A DNA stretch of 64,000 bases from contig NC_069004.1 of the NCBI RefSeq assembly GCF_001194135.2, forward strand, positions 979,610 through 1,043,609. The letters run 5' to 3'. Positions 24,836 to 36,805 of the stretch are shown one piece after another. A program made the translations under genes and the position numbers. The DNA is from Octopus bimaculoides. Lineage: Eukaryota. The number at the start of each line of letters is the position of its first letter. Within the stretch, counting starts at the first letter, position 1. The notes under the pieces were generated by a model. That model had not been told where the DNA came from, made no database searches, and was given only the letters and a program-made list of their open reading frames with translations.

Positions 24836-25974
24836 CACACAAAGATATAGATACATCTATCTTTTTCTCTATCTCTCCCCACACGTGACCAGATGACCAA
24901 ACTTTCAACTATTCTTTCAATTCTAATCTCAACGTAATAAATATAACAAATAACCACACTACATGTATATCTTTCTTTATTTTATTTTTTCACAGAAACC
25001 TACATAATCCCACAGATTCACACATATATACATACATATTTCTCACAAATGCTGTCCAAAAAAATCAAGATATTTAGAGGGAGGGGTCATGCGATGGAAT
25101 AAAGGAACGGCAATGTATGAAAAGAACATTTTAAAGTAAAATCCAGTTGTTTCAAACGATCGAGAGAGCTTCCAAGATTCTAGATTTTTTTTCTTTTTAA
25201 ATATCTAAAGAAAAACTGATTTTTGCACAACCAGTAAGACACAAAATATATGAAAAATTTAGTTACAAATCGCTTATTTTATCCGAAAGCTGGAAAGTAT
25301 AGCGATATCTATATACACTATACATGTGTGTATGTGTATATATATATATATATATAATTACACGATATACATACATGCACAAATGTGTATATTACTCCAT
25401 AGCTATATACATATATCTATAAGGACATTAGACAAGCATGTACATTACATACAGTATGAGTACATTATGTATTACAGGATATATACGTACATACACAAAT
25501 ATGTATATCACACACACACATTATACAGGCGTGTAGATCACACACACATATATCTATATATATGTGTATATATAGATATATATGTGTGTATAATGAAAGG
25601 GAGTAATGATTGTGAGGGATGATGGCGGCCAGTTAGTCTCAACTGGTGTCTTTTTAATTACACACCAACCATGTATATTATATATATATATATATCTGTG
25701 CGTGTGTGTGTATATATGTGTGTATATAATGAAAGGGAGTAGCGATTGCTGGTGATGATGGCGGCTAGAGTTAAAAGTCTCTCAACTGGTGTCTTCTAAT
25801 TCCACGCCAGCCATCAGCTGAAAACATTTTAAGGACGACACCACGGAGCAGTGGCCAAGAATTAACCAATATTTCTTAATCATTTTTCTCTTTTTACCCC
25901 CAATAACATCGATATTGAAACGAATAAATAAACCTAGAGATATTAAAAAAAAGATAAGAATTATAAGGGCTTAC

Positions 25975-26071
25975 CTTTAATTAAAAAAAAAAAAGAATCG
26001 GTGCTCGTTAAATAATAATAATAATACTAATCAGTGTGGGGGGTTTTTAAGCTGGCAAATCCATTATCTCA
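25975..26071 (-). other. Candidate EIF4G2 5' UTR exon carrying a short uORF (MDLPA*)
   Basis: CAG acceptor at 26072 after a long T tract; donor AAG|GTAAGC at 25974; ATG at 26064 in the context ATAATGG. Confidence 0.4.
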
Positions 26072-26076
26072 CTGCA

Positions 26077-26094
26077 GCAGTGCATCACGGGAGG
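26077..26094 (-). promoter_or_regulatory. Staf/ZNF143-like binding site 1
   Basis: CCTCCCGTGATGCACTGC versus the Staf consensus YYWCCCRNMATSCMYYRCR. Confidence 0.5.
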
Positions 26095-26103
26095 AACGGG
26101 GAA

Positions 26104-26138
<35 letters not shown>

Positions 26139-26332
26139 CGAAACCTCCTTGGACAGACAACCCTCTCTTTTCAGCAAAATCGGAGTTTTAAGGATTTTCT
26201 TCTTTTTTTTTAATAACTCTTGTAAGCTATTAGTATTAAATAATGTTTGGGATTTTTATGGGAATGAAGAGAAAATATTTCTGACTTTAAAAAATTAAAT
26301 TTGTTCCGTTTTTGCTGTATGAAATTATAAGA

Positions 26333-26350
26333 GCAAAGCATCACGGGAGA
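26333..26350 (-). promoter_or_regulatory. Staf/ZNF143-like binding site 2
   Basis: TCTCCCGTGATGCTTTGC; shares the exact 12-mer CTCCCGTGATGC with site 1. Confidence 0.45.
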
Positions 26351-26899
26351 CAAGCCAACCGCTGTTTCCCATCCAAACACTTATTTTTACTATTAAAAAA
26401 ATTATTATTTTTTTAATATGAAATATATTTTAAAAAACGACTTTATATTTAAATTTTCACTTTAACTATTTTCTTGTTATGTTACCAGGAAGGTGATATC
26501 GATATTAGATTTTATTTCTTGAAAGGAAATCGAAATCAGATTTATATTTTTTTGGTTGTTCATTATTTAAAAAGGAAATTAACAACGCCATGAAATTAAC
26601 GAAGACAGTGACGGGAGTTGTTTTTAAATATATAAAATATTTCTGTGTTTTATAACAAACCGATGTAGCATACAGAGCTATCGTGAATAATTCAGATTTA
26701 TGTAAGAAGGTTTAGGATGAATAAAAATAGATTTTTGATGAAGAAAAAAACGATTTTCTGAAGAAAGTTGTGGCTGCAAAGGGAGGCAACTTGGGTGAGA
26801 AGAGAAAGAGAAATTGAAGAAAACATTTCGTTTTGAAATCAAAAATAACCTTATAAGCATATTAAATACGAGATTTGATTAGTGAAGACAATTACTTAC

Positions 26900-27046
26900 A
26901 AGCTTGGCTCATCAAAAGAGACAACAGGGAGGTATTTGAATGTGTAGTCCGGGCGTAAAAATTTCTCGGAAGGAGAGCCAGGCCCCCCGACTTGCCAGTA
27001 AAAATGGCTGGGCTGCTTCGCTTAAGATGGCGGCCACGGGAAAGAG
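26900..27046 (-). promoter_or_regulatory. EIF4G2: Probable EIF4G2 non-coding first exon and core promoter (TCT/TOP start, YY1 site)
   Basis: Minus strand reads CTCTTTCCCGTGGCCGCCATCTT from 27046. YY1 consensus AAGATGGCGGCC at 27024-27035 (plus). Locally GC/CpG-rich. Perfect donor GTAAGT at 26899-26894. Linkage to EIF4G2 is inferred from orientation and the absence of another gene. Confidence 0.62.
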
Positions 27047-28336
27047 TTGGGGAAGGCGGTGGAGTGCGGTAGGCGTACAACAAGGCGACTCCTACTCTCT
27101 TTCACGTTTAACGTCTCCAAATTTAGCATTTGAAATTTAATTAACTCACTCATAAATCTCATAAATGAAATACAGGTTTTTCCCGGACAATTAATATGGC
27201 TTAAAAATATACAGATCCTAAAATTTACTTCAGTTCGGTAATATTGGACAGAAAAAATTTAGAGGAGTAAAAAATTAATTACATTAAATGATACATATTT
27301 CAAATTTAATTTGAATAATAATAACAACAACAACAACAATAATAATAATAATAATAATAATAATGATGATGATGATGATGATACTTCCTTTTCTTTGATA
27401 AAAATAATTGTTACTAATATAGGCACAAGGCCAGTAATTTTGAGAGGAGGGGGGGTTTGTCAGTTATATCAGTCACAATATTTGACTGGTACTTTGTTTT
27501 GTTGAACCCAGAAGGATGTAAAGCAAAGCTAACTTTGGCAAGATTTGAACTGAGAGAGTACCCAAACAAATACTTGCAAAGTTTTTTTTTTTTTTCCAGT
27601 GTTCTAATGATTCTACCAAATAACATTTGACACTGGCATGGTTATGTGGTTAAAAAGCTTCCTTTGCAACCACTTGGTCTCACGTTCAGTCCCACTGTGC
27701 AGCACCCAGAGCAAATGTTTTCAACTGTAACCTTGGACCAACCAATGCCTTGTGAATGAATATTGTAGATTGGAAACTGTGTGGAAGCCCATCATATATA
27801 CAAATGTGTGTGTGTATCATTGTATTTGTCCAACACCTCTCCCATCCCCACTTGACAGCCAGTGTTAGTTTGTTTACATCTCTGTAACTTAGAGGTAAAA
27901 GCAACCAATAGAATAAGAACCAAACTTAAAAATAAATACTGGGGTCATTTTATTGAATGAAACCCTTCAAAGTGGTGTCCCAGCAGGGTTGCATTCTAAT
28001 GGCTGAAATACACCACACACTTAAATATATATGTCTGTATCTATGACCCTGCGTCTATCTTTTATCTTTTACTAAAAAGATAGACACGGGGTCATAGATA
28101 CAGACATACAAATAAGTGTGTCATGTGTTTATAACATTTAACTATCTAAACAAAAAAATATATTCGAAACAATGGCCATCTTGAACACTGACATGTTTCC
28201 AGAATTCAGAGCCTCACAAACGAGATGACAAGGAACCAACTTCTGGTAATTCATTGTGCTTGAGAAGATATATGAAGCTAAATGAAATCATAGCCAGGCA
28301 TAATGTCATGTCCTTTACAGTCATGCCTCCCACCTG

Positions 28337-28371
<35 letters not shown>

Positions 28372-28769
28372 TACACAGAATCTGGTGGTCTGCGGACCGG
28401 TGCCAGTCCGTGAGCCATCAGCTGCCGGTAAATGGTGAGTTTCCAGAAAACAAAGAGACATTATAAAATGCTTATGTAATATTGTATTATTTGTTTACAA
28501 AATAAATATAAGATAAAAAAAATTGTCAACTTTTATTATATTCATTATATATATTGTTTCTGGTATAAATTAATATTACTAAGAAATGGCACATTGGGGA
28601 AAAAAAAAACTACCAGTACACCACATCAGATAGTTTGAGAAGCACTATGTACCAGTAACTTTGCAGTTTGACAAAAGAGACTGATAGAATAAGAACCAGA
28701 CTTTAAAAAGTAAGTACCGGTGCCGATTTGTTCAACTAAATGCTCCAGTATGGCTGCAGTTAAATGACT

Positions 28770-29085
28770 ACTACAGGCTCGATCATAAATCTGTCTGAAA
28801 ATGACTTTGACATTTTTATTTTCTCAGCCTGACAAGCAGTGGAGCCTGGGTAGGAAGCTGACAACGCCAAGCTGCAGCTGGAGAAGGTGCCACAGCATGT
28901 AGCATCCCAGATGAGAAACCTTCTGCCATGGAACAGGAAAATTTGTCGTACCATCTCTGGCCTTCTGCTGTCTCCTCAGTCTAACCCTAACCCTAACCCT
29001 AACCCTAACCCTAACCCCACTGGTTTGAGCTGGGGTGGGAAGCCTGCAGTGTCTGGGCCAGGTTTTATGAACATTATGATACACT
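28770..29085 (-). mobile_element. Degenerate non-LTR retrotransposon fragment (restriction-like endonuclease region, CRE/NeSL/R2-superfamily type)
   Basis: Decayed translation DTAGFPPQLKPVGL...D*GDSRRP...LIWDATCCGTF...PGSTACQAEKIKMSK...DRFMIEPV resembles the LEPxGL-RxDGRRPDG-PW-WDAT motif series. Confidence 0.65.
28981..29018 (-). repeat. Interstitial telomeric repeat, 6 x GGGTTA
   Basis: Plus strand reads ctaa(ccctaa)5cccc. Confidence 0.95.
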
Positions 29086-29559
29086 AAAGGTATCAGTCTG
29101 TGTATCATCATCATCATCATTGTTTAACGTCCACTTTCCATGCTGGCATGGGTTGGATGGTTTGACTGAAGACTGGCGAGCCACGAGGCTGCACTAGACT
29201 CCAATCTGATCTCATATGGTTTCTACAGCTGGATGCCCTTCCTAACACCAACCACTCCGAGAGTGTAGTGGGTGCTTTTTATGTGCCGGGAAAATATTCT
29301 TTAACTAAATTCATCATTTTCAAAATTTATTAAAACAGTATCAACGTATTTCAACGGAAATAAGATAACGAAAAGGAGATGACCCAAGAAAATATGGAAA
29401 GAGGTAGCAACATCGGAATAATAACAAGCTGTAAGAAGAATGATAATAGACCAAAACTGTAAACCTGTTCAAAATAACTGACTGGAGTTCACCAAAATCC
29501 AAGTAACATTGTGGGTAGAGATGATGACAACAACAGGATTTTTGCTCAGTATATAGCAT

Positions 29560-30020
29560 AACTTCAGCTACCTAGGTGACTTCATCAACGATGGAGATCA
29601 GTGCTTGAAAAACATACAAAACAAGATAAGGACAACGTTGTGTGGTAATGAGACAAAAGTGCTAAATGCACATTATGAGTGAAGGTTGGAGAAAAATGGA
29701 TTAAGCATCCTTCACTGGACAAAGGATGAAGCACAGATGGACTGAGAGAAAAATTAAGCATAAGAGGAACCAGATGTAGTGTGCAAGAGAGATGAAGGCA
29801 CTGGTATGGATGTGTAATGTGTATGGAAGATAACAGTTGAGTAAAGAAGTTCCAGGAGGTTCAAGTGGAAGGAAACAGTGGGAGAGGAATGGATGGAAGT
29901 TGGTGAAAGTTGATCTCAAGAGGCTGAATTCTCATAAAGGAGTTTACAGATGAAAAAGGAACAGGATGCTGTGTTTAACAAGACCCATTCAACCTATGCA
30001 AACATGGAAAAGCTGACGTA
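29560..30020 (+). mobile_element. RTE-like LINE 3' fragment, decayed
   Basis: FSYLGD..., LREKLSIRG.RCSVQER.., W YG.V, and VEGNSGRG motifs with stops and frameshifts. Confidence 0.65.
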
Positions 30021-30199
30021 AAAGTGGCTGGTGGTGGCGGTGACAACGACGACGACACGGAGGAGGAGGAGGAGGGTATACACAAAGCTACAGGAAATAA
30101 GATGTAGATTCACCACTGGTACTTAATTTATCGACTCCAAAAGGACCTCGGCAGAATTTGAACTCAGAACATAAAGAATGATGATGATGATGATGATGA

Positions 30200-30575
30200 T
30201 GATGAGCATTCAGAGAGCGTAAATCTCTGCCAAGGCAACACGAACGTCCTCTAAACGATTAACCAGAGATGATGTTTAAAATGAGAATATCTGAAATAAA
30301 CTTGACTGCTCTCACAAACGAGAATACTAAAAATGAACCCGACTGCTCTCAAAAATTAAGTTAAAAGAAAAACGGAAAAATAATCTAGAATTCTTGTCTG
30401 GTACCAGATCAATCCCAAAATCTAATCAGTTTGAGCCAGTCACGAGGCCAAACATTGCTGAAAGTTTCATCCGAATCCATCCAGCGGTTCTTGAGATATC
30501 TTGTCCACGGACTTCAAACAAATGCAACTGGAAACAATACCTCCGCCTTCGCGAAGGTGGAGGTAATAATCCTTT
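30200..30575 (+). mobile_element. Non-autonomous repeat ending in a GC-rich hairpin (Helitron/HINE-like)
   Basis: Terminal stem-loop TACCTCCGCCTTC-GC-GAAGGTGGAGGTA at 30538-30565; class assignment is an inference. Confidence 0.4.
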
Positions 30576-30579
30576 TTAT

Positions 30580-31240
30580 TATAGGCACAAAGCCTGAAAT
30601 TTTGACGGGAGCAAGTTGATTATATCGACCTCTGCTCAACTGCTGGATATTTCATCGACCCTCAGAGGATAAAAATGCACTCGACCTTGGTGGAATTTGA
30701 ACTCAGAATGTAAAGAGTCAAAAGAAATGCTTCTAAGTATTTCCTCTGGCGTGCTAACAATTCAGCCTGTTTTATGCCTTAATAATAATAATAATAAAAA
30801 AAAAAAAACCTTTTTTTTTATAAGGCAGCAAGATGGCAGAGTCGTTAGCGCACCAGGCAAAATGGTTAATGGGATTTCGTCCGTCCTTATGTTCCTGAGA
30901 TCAAATTCTGCTAAAGTTGACTCTGCCTTTCCCCCTTTTGGGGTCGATAAATTAAGCACCTGTTGAATACTGAGGTTGACGTAATTAACTTTACTCCGCC
31001 CCCGAAATTGCTGGCCTTGTGCTAAAATTTGAAACCAGTATTAATTCTTTCTACTCCAGGCATAAGGCCTGGAATTTTGGTGAAGGGGCTAGTTGATTAG
31101 ATTGACCCCCAGTACTTTAGTAGTGCTTATTTCATCGACCCCGAAAGGATGAAAGGCAAAGTCAACCTCAGTGGAATTTGAACTCAGGACGTAAAGAGCA
31201 GGAACAAATGCCGTTAAGCATTTTGTCCAGCGTGCTAATA
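30580..31240. mobile_element. Cluster of a second SINE-like family; other copies near 27420-27560, 30110-30180, 37060-37230, 45100-45230, 46120-46450, 62230-62400
   Basis: Recurrent ggcacaaggcc..atcgacccc..ggatgaaaggcaaagtcgacctc..ggaatttgaactcag in both orientations. Confidence 0.75.
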
Positions 31241-32059
31241 ATTTTTTTAAAAAAATGACAAATCCATATATTTGTAGGCGTCGGAGATAACCGATTAAGC
31301 TGACTCCAGTCTATAACAGGTACACGTTTTAATCGCCCCCATGCCGCGATTAAAATTATCACAATGTATTTTTAATGCCAACGCATCACCGCGTTTGCTG
31401 CTTCCCACTCTAAAGATAGTCCGATAATGAAAGGAGACGGAGCTTCACATTTTTGTGTGTCCAAGTCACATGCATTGTCAATGTAACTTGTCATCGTCTT
31501 GAGGGTTCGGCGAAAGAATGACTCCACTGGTTACGGCACCCACTCACCTAGAACTATTTCTTAATCAAATAGGAAGTATTACCTCATTCCAAGGAAAATA
31601 TATTAGCTTTAATCATCTTTAGATAATAACAGCCATTCATAGCTTTATTGTTTGCAGTATTAAGTCATTTACATATCAATATAAGCGTTGTCTTAGTTAA
31701 AAAACATCCTATTTCGTAAGTATCTAGGATACATATACACACACATACATAAATACACATACATGCACAAGTACACACAGCTACATACATAATGCGCGCA
31801 CACACACGCACGTTGCTAGGTTGAGACGTTTAATTATATAGAAGTAGTACTTGAAGTTTTATATCTTATGTCTTTTCTGACGTAAAAAGCCGTAAACTAA
31901 ACCAAGATTTAAGTTAATCGGTTAGTCATTATATCCATAAAAAAAAAGTGTAAAGTTTTCATACATTTTATTTCCCATTGTTTAACGGTTCAGGAAAATG
32001 AAATTAAAATAACTCAATATCTATGAAAATATTTCTACCTCCAAACGCTTTTAAATGTT

Positions 32060-32640
<581 letters not shown>

Positions 32641-33599
32641 TTAAATTTTAGTTTGAATTTAATTCTAAATATTTTTGTGTAGAAAAATTTTCAAAGGATT
32701 ATTAAAAAAAAAAAGTTTACTAATGATGACCTTCTGTCGGCAAAAAGGAATTTATAAAATTCGAAAGGGTACCTTAATTTTCGATTAAATGACGGGATTA
32801 ACTAAAATAAATTAGAAATCGCTAATTGAGCTGCTATCATAGGACAAATATCGTTTAAAATAGTGCCTCGTAATTTAATAAAACTCAAATAAATTATAGA
32901 TCCTTTTTAATTAAGATTTCTGTAACTTCATCGTTTAATACATGCACACACACACACACACGCACATATACATACGTACACACGTATGCACATACGTGTG
33001 TGTATACATACACACACACAGACATATGTTAAGGTTTGTTCCTTAGATTAAACATGATGTACAATAACCGGATTTGAACTAGCTAGCAGTTTTTTCTTAA
33101 ATAAGTTATTTAAACACGTTCACGTGAATATTATTGCTAAATGAAAAAAAAGACATTGTCGGAAATGCATTTATTAAAAATATAGATTTAATATTAAGTT
33201 CAGCAGTAAATGGACGACAAAGAGATAAGCAGAAAATACGAAATGAAACATGCCTAAAAAATTACTTTTAAATATAACTATCAACGTCTCTATAATATAA
33301 TTAGCTCAAAATAACTGAATAATAAACAAAGGAAAATAAAATGAAATATTTATATATAATAAAAATGTATGATCATTTTTTTTTGTTTACTCCGTCACTG
33401 CCATCAACACGAATGCTGACGAGGCTCGGGAACGTGCATTATAAATGCTTATTAACCGATCGACTATAATGAAATCAAACATCAAAACTTCCATTCTAAG
33501 AATTTCCCCCTTGTTATCTTTTAGATAAACATTTCGCTAAATGAATATGGAAATCCGTATGGCAAGTTAAATGGTTTATCGCTTGGGAATTATTGAATT

Positions 33600-33719
33600 T
33601 GAAGCGGTCAGATTGCTTATTGAAGTGAGCGAATGTGTTGTTTTATGCTGGTTCCGTGTCCGCATGGTGTGGAGGTCGCAGTGTTGCATGGCGGTCTAGG
33701 TGGGTGCCAGGATCTTTGG
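33600..33719 (+). promoter_or_regulatory. ZNF143: Probable ZNF143 non-coding first exon (start approximate)
   Basis: GC/CpG-richer patch with an ATGGCG core near 33688, ending in TTGG|GTAAGT at 33720. The next acceptor, cattcacag, is at 38692. Confidence 0.55.
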
Positions 33720-36669
33720 GTAAGTTTTTCCCAGTGTTCCATTCACGACGTTCGTTGCCAGTCGCCTTTTTGCATGCGAAAACAAGGGCGTTGCTAGTTT
33801 TCTCTTGCTTTCAATTTCTCTCCTTTCACATCCAAACAGCTCTCTCTCTCTTCTCACTTTATCTTAAACCCAATGACCATTTTCTCACTAGCATCTCTCT
33901 AATCTCTCCACAAATATTTCCTGTGTCCGCCCTACAACAACTCTTCACAACACACTGTGTCTCTCTTTATTTCATCTCTAAACATTTATCCAACATGGAC
34001 AATTTATTCTATTAGTTCTAAATACTCCCACTTCTCAACCGTTTCCTCTTATGTCTCTTAATTTATTTTTACCTGACGCACATGCTCTATAAATACTTGA
34101 TGGCTTTTTCTTTAATTTCCCATATAATAATACATAATCTCTTATTTCTCACTAGATTCTCTTCCAGATCATACGACTACACGTGTGAAATTCTTTCCAC
34201 AAACGAAAAACAACAGCATACAGCTGATGCCGAAATTAAACATATTATTATTATTCTTTTACACAAGTTCCTTCTAATATCGCTGGATCTCGATTTTCCA
34301 AAGTCCAGATATCAGCAGTTTTCAATTATTTTCTTTCCTTTATTGCTACAAACGATCTTGGCCGCGAATTCCTCTCACTTAAAAAGTCAAGTAACATTCT
34401 ATGATGTACAGCTAGCAAACCGTGGTTCGATTCCTGCAGGTTCCATGTTTCAGTTTCCTGGTTCTTGTTCTTTAACCACATTCGTTTACAGTGTTGTAAT
34501 AATGCATTCATTCATTAGGATTTTGCGTCGATTCTTAACTGCCTTGATTAATTAATTATTTTCTTGTTAAATTAAAACATCATTTACGTTGACTGCAATC
34601 ATTCTAAAACATTTTTAGATTGATAAAAGTTTCCTAATATTTATTGCTCATGCGTTTCCTGGTATTTTATTAAAATAAAACTACACGCAACTAAAACTAG
34701 TAATAGCATTAATTAAATAATGGTAGTGCTGGTTAAAAGTAATTAGAAGTGCATATACAATTAATTAATCGTGCATATTTCTTAAAATCTATTCTCGTCA
34801 TGTATATGTGTCTTTGTGTTTGTCCCCCCCTACCCCATGACAACCGGCGTTGGTTTGTTTAGGTACCCGTAACCCTAGCGGTTCGGCAAAAGACACTAAT
34901 AGTATAAGTCCTATAGTATAAGCACGTTTGTCAGAATTATATCATCATTCTCTGCCCCCTCCCTCCTCTCTCTTTTCCAACCATCTATAAAAGTTGATCT
35001 TTACCCATTTCTCAATCGATTATTGGGAGTTGATAAAAGTTTTGAATATTGGTAAAGAACTGAAGCTGATTTATTTATAAATAATATTATTTTCTGTTGT
35101 CCCTTATCAAACTTGGTAAATGCCAATGCACGAAACTTTCTGTCCTTGAGTCACTCTGTAACTTCTGCCGATTAATAATAAATATCTATCTATCTATATA
35201 TATATATATATTCATATGTACTCATGTTCTGGGTTCTATTTTCCTGTTTGTATCGTCAAACCTATATAAATAATATATATCGATTTAGAGAGAGCTTATA
35301 AAAAGCCCTTCCTTTTAGCTTATCAGTGTAACTATGATAACAGAAGCTCTCACACAAACCTCTTGACATCCAGTGCACCAGACAACACGAGATGATCCTT
35401 AATACAATGAAATTAGTTACGTATTTAAATTTTCTCAATTTTTATCATTAGTAATCACAACTATACAGTATTTCATTTAGCCCCAGGTCAGATGTGATTG
35501 GGCAGACAAACCTATGACCAAAACCCATTCCATTCTATTTCACTCTTTATCCATTTTTCTTTATTTTTTTGTGTGTGTGTGTTTGTTTGTTACACAGTCG
35601 TGTATCTAGGACATTGGTATCTAACGTGCTGCCACTTTTAAAGATGGCAGAGTGGAGACTTAGCTGCTATTTATAGCAGGTCGAGGTCTCCCTCGTTGGC
35701 AGAATGTAAGGGTGTTTACTACTCTTGGTGTTGGTGGTGATATCGAAGAAATAAAAATTTTCAATTGTTTAATGTAGATTTTTTTTTTCTTAAACTGTGC
35801 TTCACAAAATTTACATTTTTTTTTTAATTATTAAGACATTTAATTAAATTCTACGTGAAGAAATAAAAATTTTGTGTAACAAAAAAAAAAAAAGCAACCA
35901 AAAAGAGAGAAGGTTTGCACAGCCAAAAGACTGCTCCAAACTTTAAAAGTTTTAGAGCATATATTTTTCTCTTACTCCAATTATGCATTCCCAAAATAAC
36001 ATCCTAGTTACTCCTGTATATATTCTTTTATAAGAAAAGTATTCAAGAAATGGCTTTCTTTTGTTTTATTTGTGTATATAAAAAGCGTTCCAGCCATGAC
36101 AATCTCGTATTTTTGTATATCTAGGACTGCACGGACATCTTCTAGACAAAATAAAAGGACAGTTGGGTATAATTTAAAGGAAATTTGGCTGCTTTTTCTA
36201 GCGGGTCGAGCGACCACCTAATGCCTCCTTATTGACTTGCCTAACATAACTCACAAAGCAATAGTTGGCCCAAGGAAGAATGTCGAATCCAAGACGCTGC
36301 GCTGTGGGACTGAACCTGAAGCCACATGGTTGCAAAGTGAGCTTTTTGGCCACATGGCTATGCCTATAATTTTGAATAATAAATTGAACTGACAATGGCC
36401 ACTTGTGACGATTCCTTGTTGCTTTAGTCTCCACTTCTGTCTAAAAATGGGATGAGACCATTCCATCTTATTTTCAAATAATATTGTGATATCTTGAAGA
36501 AAATTTGGCTGCTATTTTTAGCAAGTTTATCAAACTCAACAACAATTAGTAGGAAAATTGATGTCTTCTAGAATAAATATGGTTTTGAGAAGGAATTTTG
36601 AAAAAAGTTTTGATGATTATTGATCATGTGACATTTTGAGTTTGCAATCATTCCCGAAATGTTTATGGT

Positions 36670-36805
36670 ATACCTTAGGAATGAGAAGCCAGGTTCGAAA
36701 TTTCCCCAAGAGACCTGATGAAGGCTGGAGGGTATATCAGCTGAAACGTTGTGTTAACAACAAACAAGATGAGGACAAATATCCATCAAATGTAAATAAT
36801 GTATG
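36670..36805 (+). mobile_element. Same SINE family, 5'-truncated, with hammerhead-like tail (copy 2)
   Basis: Near-identical to 20495-20605; GAGAC-CTGATGA-A-GGCTG..CAGCT-GAAA-CGTT-GTGTT at 36710-36755. Confidence 0.75.

Noticed and set aside
431-26899. Intronic C/D snoRNA (human EIF4G2 hosts SNORD97)
   Set aside because: Manual search of minus-strand TGATGA...CTGA pairs (e.g. 14735/14670, 4699, 18523) found no convincing C/D pair with terminal stem. One could hide in the N gap; a snoscan or Infernal run is needed.
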